A stretch of DNA of 64,000 bases from Desulfomonilia bacterium (GCA_963664325.2 CAXXDQ010000003.1:64001-128000); one strand, 5' to 3'. Shown: positions 29,977-41,323, counted from the stretch's first letter. Made by a program: numbers and translations. The notes: a model not told the origin generated them from the sequence alone.

Positions 29977-30550
29977 CCTGAGATTTTATCTGATTTGTTT
30001 TTTGCCATCTCTGCCGCGAAAGTCTGTACAGGCAGTGTTCGCGCAGCGGAGAGCCGGCAGGCATGCCCGGGTGCTCAAAGGTTTTTTTATCCTCGATCAT
30101 ACCAAGTTTTTTCATCACGGACCGGGACCTCAGGTTTCCGATTGACGCAAAAGAGACGATTTCAGTCAGGTTCAGTTTTTCAAAGCCCACGGAGAGCGCA
30201 TCCTTTGCGGCTTCAGTAGCATAGCCTTTGCCCCAGTGCTCAAAGGCCAGCCTCCAGCCCACCTCGACACAGGGAGAGAACGGCAGTTCAGGGATGGGTA
30301 TGTGCAGGCCTGTAAAGCCGATGAATTTTTCTCCGCCTTTGATCTCAACAGCCCAGAAACCCCACCCGCGTTCTGAAATCAGGGACTCGATCCTGTCCGC
30401 CATTGCGTCGCTTTCAGCACGGTCTAGCAATTTGAGGAAAAACTCCATTACCATCGGGTCGGCATTCAGCCTGGCAAATGCCTCCCTGTCTTCAGGCAGC
30501 CATTGCCTGAGCCTTAGCCTTTTGGTCTCGAATTCGATCAGGTCATTCAT
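29966..30550 (-). CDS. GNAT (RimJ/RimL) N-acetyltransferase
   Basis: Motifs ETKRLRLRQW, EVGWRL...WGKGYATEAA and NLRSRSVMKKLGM. Confidence 0.92.
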   Translation of the reverse strand: MNDLIEFETKRLRLRQWLPEDREAFARLNADPMVMEFFLKLLDRAESDAMADRIESLISERGWGFWAVEIKGGEKFIGFTGLHIPIPELPFSPCVEVGWRLAFEHWGKGYATEAAKDALSVGFEKLNLTEIVSFASIGNLRSRSVMKKLGMIEDKKTFEHPGMPAGSPLREHCLYRLSRQRWQKTNQIKSQANS

Positions 30551-30645
30551 AAGTAAATTTTATACCATTATGGAAAAAGCCTGCCAACACGTCTATAATG
30601 TTTAATATCAGAAATGAATCGAAGCCGTTTACAGGGAGGTAATGA

Positions 30646-31305
30646 ATGATTCAACATTATCCAATCATACTTATTGCGGCAGCTGTTCTGCTGGCAGGCC
30701 TTCTGTTTTTTGAAAAGAAGGAATCGACAAAAGGGCTTTTAAGCGTCAAGCCTCTTCTGTCTGTGCTTTTTATTGTTGCAGCGCTGACGCAGGTGCACAT
30801 GAACATGACATATTTCTATCTCGTATCTGCAGGACTGGTCCTATGTCTGATCGGGGATGTCTGCCTGATATTCTTTTTCAATAAAAAGGTCTTTACAACG
30901 GGCCTCGGTGCGTTCCTGGCCGGGCATGTCATGTACACGATAGCATTTTTTACCTGCGGTACAACTGGCGCCGTCATGTGGGCAACAACGGTCGCCTGCC
31001 TGGTTCTCAGCACCGGCGTGTTCTTCTGGCTTAAACCCAGCCTGGGGACCATGCTGGGGCCGGTAATTGCCTATATCGTGATCATATCGGCAATGGCCAT
31101 CGGAGCTTCGGCATTAAAGAGCAACCCGGGTCTTGATATGACCGGCAAAGCCCTTGTTTATGCGGGCGCCCTCCTGTTCTATGTGTCCGACATATTCGTC
31201 GCCCGCCACAGGTTCGTTAAAAAGGAATTCATGAACAGGGTCATAGGCCTGCCCATGTATTATACGGCGCAATTCATGATAGCGTTTTCAACCGGACTCA
31301 TCTGA
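30646..31305 (+). CDS. Lysoplasmalogenase (YhhN family)
   Basis: Membrane protein with KP, IGD, FLAGH..Y, GALLFYVSD and YYTAQ motifs. Confidence 0.88.
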   Translation: MIQHYPIILIAAAVLLAGLLFFEKKESTKGLLSVKPLLSVLFIVAALTQVHMNMTYFYLVSAGLVLCLIGDVCLIFFFNKKVFTTGLGAFLAGHVMYTIAFFTCGTTGAVMWATTVACLVLSTGVFFWLKPSLGTMLGPVIAYIVIISAMAIGASALKSNPGLDMTGKALVYAGALLFYVSDIFVARHRFVKKEFMNRVIGLPMYYTAQFMIAFSTGLI

Positions 31306-31312
31306 AGGGGAT

Positions 31313-32614
31313 ATGCTGCTCGAGATACCATACGATAAAAGCTCACTCGCCGTTGATGTGCCTGAAAGCGCAATTGTCTACAGGTCGAGCTATCCAGAAC
31401 CGGCCGCATCTGCTTCGGCAATAGTGTCCGGGGCGCTCAAGAACCCGACAGGATCACCTGCCCTGCAGGAGGCGCTTTCAGGAAGGCGTGAAGGCAAAGT
31501 GGTTGTCGTTGTTTCCGACATCACAAGGCCTGTCCCTTACAGGGATTTTCTCCCCGCTTTCATTGGAGAAATAGAATCGGCCGGCATAAGACCTGAAGAG
31601 ATACTGATACTCGTGGCCACAGGCATGCACAGGCCGGGCACCCCTGAAGAAAGACGGTACATGTTCGGCGGTATTGCTGAACGATATCAGATCGAAGACC
31701 ATGACGCCCAGGGGGCATTGAAGGAAATCGAAGGCCTGAGCTTTTCCGGCAGGCGAGTTTCTCTGAACAGGAGCTTTGTCGATGCCGGATTCAGGATAGT
31801 GACAGGCCTTGTTGAGCCTCATTTCATGGCCGGGTTTTCAGGAGGCAGGAAGGCCGTATGTCCGGGGCTGGTCTCGCTTGAGACGATTGAGGCCTTTCAC
31901 GGTTATGATTTCCTGTCCAGCCCCGGGGCCGCAAATGCCGTTATTGAAGGCAATCCATGCCATGAGGAAGCCCTCTCCGTTGCCAGACTTGCCGGCGTTG
32001 ACTATTCACTCAACGTCGTCCTTGATGCAGGCAAAAGGCTTGTCGCCGCATTTGCAGGCGGACTTGAAATGGCTCACGAAAAGGCCTGCTCCTTTGTCCG
32101 CGGGCATGCCTGCCCGACAGTAAAATATGAAGCCGACGCCGTTATAACAGGATGCGGCGGCTATCCGCTCGATGCGACATTCTATCAGTGCGTCAAAGGA
32201 ATAGTCGGCGCAATACCCGCCGTAAAACCGGGCGGAAAAATAATTGCCGCTGGCTGTTGCCGGGAGCATATGGGCTCAAAGGAATACCGCGACATCATGT
32301 TCGCCCACTCGCATGACTGTGACGGCTTTATTGAGCATATAAGAAAATCATGCAGGGTGGAGAAGGACCAGTGGGAACTGCAGATGCAGATCAGGGCCAT
32401 AGAAAAAGTCGGAACCGGCGGGCTGGTTTTTTTAAGCACCGGGCTCGACGGGGAAGAGGTTAAACATATATCGGCCGGGTCTGTTAATGCTGATCTAGAC
32501 TCGATCAATAATTCGCTCAAAGAGATCGTCAATAAGCTGGTAAATGACGGTAAAAGCATTGCCGTGATCCCGGAAGGCCCTTACTGCACGCCTTTGTCAA
32601 GGAGCTTCATATGA
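31313..32614 (+). CDS. larA: Nickel-pincer-dependent lactate racemase LarA family
   Basis: Motifs SDITRP, TGMHR, EPHFMAGFSGGRK and GGYPLD..FYQ..K. Confidence 0.85.
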   Translation: MLLEIPYDKSSLAVDVPESAIVYRSSYPEPAASASAIVSGALKNPTGSPALQEALSGRREGKVVVVVSDITRPVPYRDFLPAFIGEIESAGIRPEEILILVATGMHRPGTPEERRYMFGGIAERYQIEDHDAQGALKEIEGLSFSGRRVSLNRSFVDAGFRIVTGLVEPHFMAGFSGGRKAVCPGLVSLETIEAFHGYDFLSSPGAANAVIEGNPCHEEALSVARLAGVDYSLNVVLDAGKRLVAAFAGGLEMAHEKACSFVRGHACPTVKYEADAVITGCGGYPLDATFYQCVKGIVGAIPAVKPGGKIIAAGCCREHMGSKEYRDIMFAHSHDCDGFIEHIRKSCRVEKDQWELQMQIRAIEKVGTGGLVFLSTGLDGEEVKHISAGSVNADLDSINNSLKEIVNKLVNDGKSIAVIPEGPYCTPLSRSFI

Positions 32615-33003
32615 GCATAGTTTACGAATCTGTCGGCATTGTCCATTCCCCGATTAAGAAAGCCGGGGACGCACCGAGGTTTTTCACGGTATCCGATAAA
32701 AAAGGGACAATCGAGATTTACCCGCAATATGCAGAAGGCCTCAAATATCTGGATCGGGAGGAAAGCATAGTCGTAATATTCCACTTTCATCTCTCGGAAG
32801 GCTATGAACTTATGCAGAAAAAATGCACCACAGGGGAACTCAAAGGCGTGTTTACCCTGTGCTCGCCGAGAAGGCCCAACCCGATAGGCATGTCCGTTCT
32901 CAGGCTTGAAAAGGTCGAAGGCAATATCCTTTTTGTTGCGAACCTCGATATGGTCGACGAAACGCCTGTACTCGACATAAAACCCTTCAGACATTTCAGG
33001 TGA
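32611..33003 (+). CDS. tsaA: TrmO/TsaA-like methyltransferase domain protein
   Basis: Motifs IFHFH, GVF..CSPRRPNPIGMS and ETPVLDIKP. Confidence 0.85.
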   Translation: MSIVYESVGIVHSPIKKAGDAPRFFTVSDKKGTIEIYPQYAEGLKYLDREESIVVIFHFHLSEGYELMQKKCTTGELKGVFTLCSPRRPNPIGMSVLRLEKVEGNILFVANLDMVDETPVLDIKPFRHFR

Positions 33004-33113
33004 CAGGGAAACCCGTAAATTAACAGTATAACCAACAGCTGATTGAAAAAATCAGGTTTTTGTGGTTTTATTGCCTGTCGCAAGAAATCAAAATTAACGG
33101 GAGAATAAAATCC

Positions 33114-33986
33114 ATGCAATACGACATGCCCCTGTACAGACCGCCGTCCGAGTCCCGGTCGCTGATATTCCAGGTTACGCTCGGCTGTTCGTGGAACAGA
33201 TGCCTTTTCTGCGGCATGTACAAGTCCAAGCGCTATCAGGTAAGGCCGTGGACAGACCTTGAAAAAGACATTATCGAGATGTCCCGGAAACAGCCCGACA
33301 CAAAGAGGATATTCCTGGCTGACGGCGATGTCATAGGGGTTGATGCCGGATATCTCATGAAAGTTCTGAGGTTCTTGAATGACAGATTTCCCCGCCTTGA
33401 AAAGGTCAATGTCTATGCCGGGCCTACAAACCTCATGGAAAAGACCGAAGAGGAACTCAGGGCCTTCAGGGAACTCAAACTCAGCACGCTTTACCTGGGC
33501 ATAGAAACCGGAAATGACGAACTGCTTAAAAGGATAAAGAAGGGCGCCACAGCAGCTGAGATAATTGAAGGCTGCACTAAGGCGCTGAGGGCGGGTCTGA
33601 GAATGTCCACGATAATACTGCTGGGCCTGGGCGGCGTGGAGGGCAGCTTTGTCCATGCCAAGGATTCCGCCAGGGTGGTAAATGCAATCGATCCGCAGTT
33701 TGTCGCATGCCTTACGCTCATGCTCGGGCCTTATAAAGAACTTTACGAAAAAAAGCTCATGGGCGGGGGTTTTGAACTGCCGGACAAACATGGAACCCTT
33801 CAGGAACTGAGATGGTTTGTCGAAGACCTGAACCTCACCAGCTGCCGTTTCGGCACGGAGCATGCCTCGAACTACCTGCCGATAAGCGGCGATATCCCGG
33901 CTGACAAGGAAAAGATTTTAAGGCTTATAGACAGGGCGCTCACTGATGAGAAGATGCTCAGGCCCGAATGGGCCAGAGGCCTGTAG
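33114..33986 (+). CDS. Radical SAM protein
   Basis: YRPPSE...GCSWNRCLFC (CX4CX2C), FLADGD, GIETG and HASNY; start MQYDM at 33114. Confidence 0.9.
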   Translation: MQYDMPLYRPPSESRSLIFQVTLGCSWNRCLFCGMYKSKRYQVRPWTDLEKDIIEMSRKQPDTKRIFLADGDVIGVDAGYLMKVLRFLNDRFPRLEKVNVYAGPTNLMEKTEEELRAFRELKLSTLYLGIETGNDELLKRIKKGATAAEIIEGCTKALRAGLRMSTIILLGLGGVEGSFVHAKDSARVVNAIDPQFVACLTLMLGPYKELYEKKLMGGGFELPDKHGTLQELRWFVEDLNLTSCRFGTEHASNYLPISGDIPADKEKILRLIDRALTDEKMLRPEWARGL

Positions 33987-34037
33987 ATTGACAAGCAAAG
34001 CTCAGGTGATATACACCTTATTTCCGGAGGGAACAAA

Positions 34038-35279
34038 TTGATTACAGCTGTCAAGGGCATGAATGACATCCTGCCAGGAGAGATTGCAAAATGGCGGTTT
34101 GTCGAAGAAACGGCAAGGAAGGTTTTCAGCCTGTACGGTTTTTCCGAGCTGAGGACGCCCGTTGTCGAGAAAACCGAACTCTTTTCCCGTGGCATGGGCC
34201 AGGATACCGATGTCGTGGAAAAGCAGATGTATACATTCACAGACAAGGGAGATTCATCGCTCACGCTGAGACCAGAAGCCACGGCATCGGTCATGAGGGC
34301 CGTCATCGAGCACGGGCTTTTGGGCCAGGAGCCGGTGCAGAAGCTTTTCACAATCGGTCCGATGTTCCGTTATGAGAGGCCGCAGAAAGGACGCTACCGC
34401 CAGTTTCACCAGATCAATTGCGAGAGGCTGGGCGAGGCGGGACCTCTATCCGATGCAGAGACGCTTGCCCTGGCCTATGAGATTGCAGTGGCGCTGGGGC
34501 TCTCTGGTGTTGTGCTTGAAGTAAACTCGCTTGGCTGCCCGGCATGCAGGCCTGCGTTCAAGAAGGCGCTTCAGGACTTCCTTGAGGCGAAAAAAGAAGG
34601 CCTCTGCCCGGACTGCCTGAGAAGGATGTACACAAATCCCTTGAGGGTGCTCGACTGCAAGGTGGAAACCTGCAAAACCGCGGTGGAAGGGGCGCCGGAA
34701 AATTCCGGATACCTGTGCGATGAATGCAGGACGCATTATGATACGGTGCTGGCGGGACTTGACGCCCTTTATATCCCTTATGAAAAGAATCCCAGGCTGG
34801 TAAGGGGCCTTGATTATTATATCCGCACCGCCTTTGAAATGACCGCAAAAGGTCTTGGTTCGCAGAATGCAGTGGGAGGCGGAGGCAGGTATGACGGGCT
34901 TGTTGCAGCGCTTGGAGGTAACGACGTGCCAGGAGTAGGCTTCGCCTTCGGCATGGAACGCCTGTTGATGCTGATCCCTGATATGGCCGAAGAAAAAAAG
35001 GGCTGCTTTATTGCGGCTCTTGGCGAGAATACGAAAAAAGAGGCTTTAAAGCTGGCTGCACAGCTAAGACGAAAGGGAATAAGAACGGAACTGGCGCCCG
35101 AGAAAAGCTTCAAGGTCCAGATGAAGCAGGCCGGTAAATCAGGTTATCCTGTATGCCTCATAATAGGCGATGATGAAATGGCCGCCGGAACAGTGGCCGT
35201 CAAAGATATGAAAACGGGCGTCCAGGATCAGGTGAAACAGGAAGATCTGTTAAAAAGGCTGGCGGATATTGTCAGATAA
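34038..35279 (+). CDS. hisS: Histidine--tRNA ligase
   Basis: Motifs LRPEATA, FRYERPQKGRYRQF, LVRGLDYY and GGGRYD. Confidence 0.98.
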   Translation: MITAVKGMNDILPGEIAKWRFVEETARKVFSLYGFSELRTPVVEKTELFSRGMGQDTDVVEKQMYTFTDKGDSSLTLRPEATASVMRAVIEHGLLGQEPVQKLFTIGPMFRYERPQKGRYRQFHQINCERLGEAGPLSDAETLALAYEIAVALGLSGVVLEVNSLGCPACRPAFKKALQDFLEAKKEGLCPDCLRRMYTNPLRVLDCKVETCKTAVEGAPENSGYLCDECRTHYDTVLAGLDALYIPYEKNPRLVRGLDYYIRTAFEMTAKGLGSQNAVGGGGRYDGLVAALGGNDVPGVGFAFGMERLLMLIPDMAEEKKGCFIAALGENTKKEALKLAAQLRRKGIRTELAPEKSFKVQMKQAGKSGYPVCLIIGDDEMAAGTVAVKDMKTGVQDQVKQEDLLKRLADIVR

Positions 35280-35360
35280 CTGGTTTTAAAAGCAAGAGGC
35301 GGGTAATGAAAAACACTGAAACTGGTGCGATATTGAATGTAAATTTGATTTTGCTTTCTT

Positions 35361-35390
35361 ACTCACCACTCATTACTCGCCACTATATTT
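35361..35390. repeat. Heptamer tandem repeat
   Basis: ACTCACC ACTCATT ACTCGCC ACTATATTT, just upstream of the aspS SD. Confidence 0.65.
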
Positions 35391-35406
35391 ATTAAAGGAG
35401 AATAGC

Positions 35407-37194
35407 GTGAGCTCACAAATAGCCGGATTTAAGAGGACCCATTACTGCGGCAATGTCGGCCTCCCTGATTGCGGGAAGATGATAACCCTCATGGGCTGGG
35501 TGCAGAAAAGACGCGACCTGGGCGGGCTTGTCTTCGTAGACCTCAGGGACAGGAGCGGCATATGCCAGGTGGTATTCAATCCGGAGACCGAACCCGAGGC
35601 CCATTCAACCGGCGGAACACTGAAGATGGAATACTGCATTGCAGTGGAAGGTGAGCTCAATCCCAGGCCGAAGGAAATGCAGAACCCGAATATGACGACA
35701 GGCCAGGTGGAACTGGCAGCAAAAAGAATCGTAATTCTTAACGAGGCAAAGACAACCCCTTTTGTGATCGAGGACGCAACGGACGCAACCGAACTTCTCA
35801 GGCTCAAGTACCGTTATCTTGACCTTAGGAGGCCGGCACTTCAGAGGAATCTCATACTCAGGCACAAGGCCGCCTTCATTACGAGGCGTTTCCTCGATTC
35901 AAAGGGATTTGTTGAAGTCGAAACGCCGGTTCTGACAAAGAGCACGCCTGAAGGTGCGCGCGACTACCTTGTTCCCAGCAGGGTGTTCCCGGGGAAATTC
36001 TATGCCCTTCCGCAGTCGCCGCAGCTTTTCAAGCAGCTTCTTATGATATCGGGCTTTGACCGCTATTTCCAGATTGTAAAATGCTTCCGTGACGAGGACC
36101 TCAGGGCGGACCGCCAGCCCGAGTTCACGCAGATAGACATGGAATTCTCTTTCATGACCAGGGATGACATCCTTGAACTTTGCGAGGGGCTTATCCGCAC
36201 CATGTTCAAAGAAACGATAGGCGTTGATCTGCCTGTGCCTTTGCCAAGGATGAGCTATGACGAGGCAATGGACTTATACGGGGTGGACCGGCCGGATACG
36301 CGTTTCGAAATGCTGCTCAAGGATGTCTCTGACATCTTGAAGGACAGTACGTTCAAGGTATTCACCTCTACGGTCGAGTCGGGCGGTGTCATAAAGGGTT
36401 TCGTAATCAAGGGCGGCTCCATAATGTCCCGCAAGGAGCTTGACGACCTCGGCGGATTTGTGGCGGATTTCGGCGCCAAGGGTCTGCTCTGGGCCAAGCT
36501 CGGCGATGATGGCTGGCAGTCAAGCATTGCGAAGTATTTAAGCGATGACCAGAAAAAGGCGGTGGAGGTCAGGCTTGGGATGGAAAAGGGAGATGCGGCC
36601 GTCTTCATTGCGGGGCATTCTTCAATGGTTAACGCAAGCCTGGGTGCGCTGAGGCTCCATGTCGGCGCAAAACTCGGCCTTATACCGGAAGGCAAGTTCA
36701 GCGCATTATGGGTTGTCGACTTCCCCCTGTTTGAATACAACGAAGAGGAAAAAAGACTGGTCGCCGTGCATCACATGTTTACTGCACCAAACGAAGCCGA
36801 CCTTGGACTGATCGACACAGATCCTCTCAAAGTCCGCGCGCAGGCGTATGACATGGTCATAAACGGGAGCGAGGTCGGCGGCGGCAGTGTCCGGATCCAC
36901 AGGCGGGATATCCAGCAGAAGGTGTTCAACTCAATCGGCTTTACTGAAGAAGAGGCAAAAACAAAATTCGGGTTCCTGCTTGATGCGCTGGAATTCGGCG
37001 CACCTCCTCACGGCGGTATAGCGTTCGGCCTGGACCGGCTGGTCATGCTCCTTGCTGGGGCTTCATCGTTAAGGGATGTAATAGCCTTCCCCAAGACGCA
37101 GAAGGCCTATTGCCAGATGACGGATGCCCCCTCTGAGGTAAATACCGCTCAGCTTGCAGAGCTGGGAATCAAATTGCTGGATGTCGAGTTATGA
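35407..37194 (+). CDS. aspS: Aspartate--tRNA ligase
   Basis: Motifs [38 protein letters not shown] and [12 protein letters not shown]. Confidence 0.98.
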   Translation: MSSQIAGFKRTHYCGNVGLPDCGKMITLMGWVQKRRDLGGLVFVDLRDRSGICQVVFNPETEPEAHSTGGTLKMEYCIAVEGELNPRPKEMQNPNMTTGQVELAAKRIVILNEAKTTPFVIEDATDATELLRLKYRYLDLRRPALQRNLILRHKAAFITRRFLDSKGFVEVETPVLTKSTPEGARDYLVPSRVFPGKFYALPQSPQLFKQLLMISGFDRYFQIVKCFRDEDLRADRQPEFTQIDMEFSFMTRDDILELCEGLIRTMFKETIGVDLPVPLPRMSYDEAMDLYGVDRPDTRFEMLLKDVSDILKDSTFKVFTSTVESGGVIKGFVIKGGSIMSRKELDDLGGFVADFGAKGLLWAKLGDDGWQSSIAKYLSDDQKKAVEVRLGMEKGDAAVFIAGHSSMVNASLGALRLHVGAKLGLIPEGKFSALWVVDFPLFEYNEEEKRLVAVHHMFTAPNEADLGLIDTDPLKVRAQAYDMVINGSEVGGGSVRIHRRDIQQKVFNSIGFTEEEAKTKFGFLLDALEFGAPPHGGIAFGLDRLVMLLAGASSLRDVIAFPKTQKAYCQMTDAPSEVNTAQLAELGIKLLDVEL

Positions 37195-38000
37195 GGTATC
37201 TATTTGCTATTCTGCTGGTCATAACGCTGGCGACAGGTTGCGCCACTGCATCCAAGGATAATAAGGCTGCAAGCCAGGTTCCCGGGCCTGCATCGGATGA
37301 GGAAAAGATCACAGCAAGCCTTGAATGCCTCAAGATTGCAACAGAAGCCAGAAAAACTGGCAATGCCAGCGAGGAAAAAACGGCGCTTGACCTTGCGCTC
37401 AAGTATCTCAGGGAAATTGACAATGAAAACCGTATAGTGCTGTCCGATTCGGCAGAGGCGTTGCGCAGCATTATTGCCATGTCAGGCTTTGAATATGCCC
37501 CGAAGGAATCGAATGAGCTGCTCGTAAACTATTTGGAATTGCAGAATGCCTGTGCCGAGCATGATGACACCAGGGTTAAGGCACTCAAGCAGTCTTTTGA
37601 CGCAACATTTGAAAAGGCAAGAGAAGCCACAGCAGAGGCAAAAGAGAAAAAAATTGAAGCCCTCGGGAAAGAGATGGCCGTAAAAAAAGAAGATGCGAGA
37701 AAACAGGGGGAGCAGGATTCTTCATCCGGTTACCCGTCGATATATACTGTTAAGAAAGGAGACACTCTGCCTAACATTGCTGCAAGGCATGACATATACA
37801 ACGACTCTTTTATGTGGCCTTTGATATACAAGGCCAACAGGGATCAGATTAAAGACCCGAAGGTTCTCTATGGAGGGCAGGAACTCAAGATACCAAGGGA
37901 TGTAAGTCTCGACGATATAATACAGGCACGCAGGGAAGCAGGTGCGTCCGAACCTGAAAAAATACCAAAGGATGCGTTGATTCCAAGGAGGACAAAGTAA
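37191..38000 (+). CDS. LysM-domain lipoprotein
   Basis: Lipobox LATGC, coiled coil, and YTVKKGDTL...[15 protein letters not shown]...GQELKIP. Confidence 0.88.
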   Translation: MRYLFAILLVITLATGCATASKDNKAASQVPGPASDEEKITASLECLKIATEARKTGNASEEKTALDLALKYLREIDNENRIVLSDSAEALRSIIAMSGFEYAPKESNELLVNYLELQNACAEHDDTRVKALKQSFDATFEKAREATAEAKEKKIEALGKEMAVKKEDARKQGEQDSSSGYPSIYTVKKGDTLPNIAARHDIYNDSFMWPLIYKANRDQIKDPKVLYGGQELKIPRDVSLDDIIQARREAGASEPEKIPKDALIPRRTK

Positions 38001-38001
38001 G

Positions 38002-39912
38002 ATGGCGAGATGGGACGAAAGATTACGGATTTTCTATTATACTCCGGGCAAAAACTTTCCATCAGGCGTAGAGGACAGGAAAGAAGGCAACTATTACCGT
38101 GCAATCTTCAATTACGAGGAAGTCCCCAAGATTGATTTTGATATGAGGATCATCCCGATTCAGCCGGCTGATGATATATTCATTACCGATACGACGTTCA
38201 GGGATGGCCAGCAGTCGATGTCTCCGTTTTCGGTAAAACAGATAGAGACCATATTCGACTATCTCAACAAGATCAGCGGCGATAAGGGCCTTATCAGGAT
38301 GAGCGAGTTCTTCCTTTATACGAAGAAGGATAAGGCTGCAGTGACGGCCTGCAGAGAGAAAGGCTACAAATTCCCGAAAATAACGTCGTGGATACGTGCT
38401 CACAAGGAGGACCTGAAGCTGGTCAAGGAAATGGAGATGGATGAAACCGGCATCCTGACCTCCGTATCGGATTATCACATATACCTGAAAATGGGGCTCG
38501 ACCGGAAGAAGGCGCTTAACGAGTATCTGGGCGTGGTGAAGGAAGCTCTGGCCCACGGTATAATTCCAAGATGTCATTTTGAGGATGTAACAAGGGCCGA
38601 TATATTCGGATTCTGTGTGCCGCTTGCCAGGGAGCTTATGAAACTCAGCGAAGAGTCCGGGATAGACGTCAAGATAAGGCTTTGCGACACGATGGGCTAT
38701 GGCGTAAGTTTCCCCGGGGCTGCCCTCCCGAGGTCGGTTGATAAAATGGTAAGGGCCTTCATCGATGATGCGGGGGTGCCCGGAAGGCTTCTCGAATGGC
38801 ATGGTCATAACGACTTCCATAAAGGACTTGTAAACGCCACTACGGCATGGCTTTACGGCTGCCAAGGGGTCAACTGCGCCATACTCGGCTTCGGTGAAAG
38901 GACCGGCAATACTCCCCTTGAAGCGATGGTGTTCGAATACCTGCAACTAAGGGGCATGGACAAGTCAGTCAGCACCGTCGCCATTTCAGAACTGGCTAAT
39001 TACGTGAACTCTGAAATGAACTATAACATACCGCCCAATTATCCCTATGTGGGAGAGAATTTTAATGTGACCAGGGCCGGCATACATGCAGACGGTCTGG
39101 TTAAGAACGAAGAGATTTACAATATATTCGATACATCAAAAATACTTGGGAGGCCTATTGCCATTGCCATTACGGACAAGTCAGGCAAGGCGAGCCTGGT
39201 CCATTGGATAAACAACCACTACAAGCTTGACAGGGAAAACCTCATAGACAAGCGCCATCCCGGCATTACAAAGATGTACCAGCAGGTTATCAAGGAATAT
39301 GAAGACGGACGCATGACTACAATGAGCGACGAGGAACTGGAAAAGCTCACCATGCGCTTCATACCCCAGCTCTTCCTGTCAGGCTTTGACCTTATCAAGG
39401 CGGAGGTCTCCGAATACGCCAGCAAACTCATCGAGAAGCTGCTTGAAAATAGAAACATGATGAGCATGAAGCGCGACAAGATGGAGGAAGCGCTTACCGA
39501 GTTTATCGAGGAATATCCATTCATCCAGTTTGCCTATGTGACGGATATGAAGGGCATAAAAGTAACCCGCAACATAACGCAGCCGGAATACAGGGGGCAC
39601 TTCCTTCATAAGATTAAAGAACATGAGGACTGCTCCGACCGCGAGTGGTTCCGCAATACGGTCGAGGATGGAAAGCTCCATGTAAGCGGCATCATGTCAT
39701 CGAGAATAACAGGGGCACTCATCATGACCGTCTCTGCACCCATTACCGATGACAACGATGACATGCTCGGTGTCCTTGGTCTGGATATTCGCTTTGAAGA
39801 TGTGGTCAAGGTGATACAGAGCGTCTATGAATCGCAGGGAATGGCGATGAGCCCGAGAGATATTCATAAGTACCATGCCCTTATGTGGGAGGAGATGAAT
39901 AAGCAGAGTTAA
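38002..39912 (+). CDS. DRE-TIM metallolyase, Re-citrate synthase-like, with C-terminal Cache/PDC domain
   Basis: Motifs DTTFRDGQQ, CDTMG, HGHND, GERTGN and AGIHADG. C-terminal SDREWF...TVSAPI...GVLGLDI is Cache-like. Adjacent to icd. Confidence 0.8.
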   Translation: MARWDERLRIFYYTPGKNFPSGVEDRKEGNYYRAIFNYEEVPKIDFDMRIIPIQPADDIFITDTTFRDGQQSMSPFSVKQIETIFDYLNKISGDKGLIRMSEFFLYTKKDKAAVTACREKGYKFPKITSWIRAHKEDLKLVKEMEMDETGILTSVSDYHIYLKMGLDRKKALNEYLGVVKEALAHGIIPRCHFEDVTRADIFGFCVPLARELMKLSEESGIDVKIRLCDTMGYGVSFPGAALPRSVDKMVRAFIDDAGVPGRLLEWHGHNDFHKGLVNATTAWLYGCQGVNCAILGFGERTGNTPLEAMVFEYLQLRGMDKSVSTVAISELANYVNSEMNYNIPPNYPYVGENFNVTRAGIHADGLVKNEEIYNIFDTSKILGRPIAIAITDKSGKASLVHWINNHYKLDRENLIDKRHPGITKMYQQVIKEYEDGRMTTMSDEELEKLTMRFIPQLFLSGFDLIKAEVSEYASKLIEKLLENRNMMSMKRDKMEEALTEFIEEYPFIQFAYVTDMKGIKVTRNITQPEYRGHFLHKIKEHEDCSDREWFRNTVEDGKLHVSGIMSSRITGALIMTVSAPITDDNDDMLGVLGLDIRFEDVVKVIQSVYESQGMAMSPRDIHKYHALMWEEMNKQS

Positions 39913-39917
39913 AAAAC

Positions 39918-39994
39918 AGTGGTGGGTTGTGAGTGGTGAGTTAATAAAAAGTTCCATTCATTTTACTCATTAATGGTGTTTCAAAACTCACAAC
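39918..39994. repeat. Inverted heptamer repeats
   Basis: GGTGGGT TGTGAGT GGTGAGT ... ACTCATT ... ACTCACA. Confidence 0.6.
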
Positions 39995-40017
39995 GACAAT
40001 TTGAGGGAGAATAATAA

Positions 40018-41223
40018 ATGAGCGGAACGAAGATCACCTTTGATAATGGAAAACTGAATGTACCGGATAACCCGATAATATGTTTCATAGAAGGCGACGG
40101 TACAGGCCCGGACATATGGAAGGCGTCACAGGCGGTTATGGACGCTGCCGTAACAAAGGCCTACGGCGGTAAGAAAAAGATAGCATGGCGCGAGGTCCTG
40201 GCCGGTGAAAAGGCGTTCAATAAAACCGGCAAGTGGCTGCCGGATGAGACGCTCAAAGACCTTGAGGAATATCTGGTAGGCATTAAAGGCCCTCTTACAA
40301 CCCCGGTCGGCGGCGGCATCAGAAGCCTGAATGTCACGCTCAGGCAGGTGCTTGACCTCTTTGCATGCGTGCGCCCGGTGAAATATTATGAGGGAACGCC
40401 TTCTCCTGTGAAATGCCCTGAGCTTGTTGACATAACGGTATTCAGGGAGAACACGGAGGATGTCTATGCCGGATTCGAATGGCAGCAGGGTACCGAGAAG
40501 GTTTCAAAACTTATCGATTTTTTAAATAATGAAATGGGGACAAAAATCAGGCCCGATTCGGGTATAGGCATAAAACCCATTTCAATAACCGGCACCAAGC
40601 GTCTTGTCCGAATGGCGATGGAGTTTGCAGCCAGGATGAAAAAGCCGGTCGTAACTCTGGTCCACAAGGGAAATATCATGAAATACACCGAAGGTTCCTT
40701 CAGGGACTGGGGCTACCAGCTTGTCAGGGAGGAGTTTTCGGATATTGCCGTGATTGAAGATGAATTGAAAGGCGCAAAGGCGCCCGCCGGGAAAATCCTG
40801 GTCAATGACAGGATAGCGGATTCCATGTTTCAGCAGGTTCTTTTGAGGCCCTCCGAATACAGCGTTCTGGCGGTGCCGAACCTGATCGGCGATTTTATAT
40901 CCGATGCGCTGGCGGCACAGGTCGGCGGGCTCGGCATGGCGCCGGGAGCAAATATAGGCATCCCGGTTGCAGTGTTTGAAGCCACACACGGCACGGCCCC
41001 GAAATATGCCGGCCAGGACAAGGTAAATCCCGGTTCTCTCATGCTCTCGGGCGCCATGATGCTCGATCATATCGGCTGGGCCGGAGCTGCTGAACTGGTC
41101 AGAAAAGGCATTGCGAATGCAATCTCTGATAAAACAGTCACCTATGATCTTGAACGGCAGATGACCGGCGCAACGCTTGTAAGCTGCTCGGGCTTCGCTA
41201 AAGCGATAATCGAAAGAATGTAA
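40018..41223 (+). CDS. icd: Isocitrate dehydrogenase (NADP)
   Basis: Motifs [32 protein letters not shown] and [12 protein letters not shown]. Confidence 0.97.
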   Translation: MSGTKITFDNGKLNVPDNPIICFIEGDGTGPDIWKASQAVMDAAVTKAYGGKKKIAWREVLAGEKAFNKTGKWLPDETLKDLEEYLVGIKGPLTTPVGGGIRSLNVTLRQVLDLFACVRPVKYYEGTPSPVKCPELVDITVFRENTEDVYAGFEWQQGTEKVSKLIDFLNNEMGTKIRPDSGIGIKPISITGTKRLVRMAMEFAARMKKPVVTLVHKGNIMKYTEGSFRDWGYQLVREEFSDIAVIEDELKGAKAPAGKILVNDRIADSMFQQVLLRPSEYSVLAVPNLIGDFISDALAAQVGGLGMAPGANIGIPVAVFEATHGTAPKYAGQDKVNPGSLMLSGAMMLDHIGWAGAAELVRKGIANAISDKTVTYDLERQMTGATLVSCSGFAKAIIERM

Positions 41224-41323
41224 TACCGGGCTTCATAACTTCATATACGATTGATCCGGGTCATTTATGACCCTCGCCCTGCGGGAGCATCTTCGGTGCG
41301 GCAATTATTATTAAGCAAAAATT

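Noticed and set aside
32802-33863. 353-aa minus-strand ORF
   Set aside because: Overlaps tsaA and the radical SAM gene on the opposite strand, with no domain features.
38062-38946. 294-aa antisense ORF (likewise 27635-28411, 49840-50613 and 59996-60697)
   Set aside because: Shadow frames of well-supported genes.
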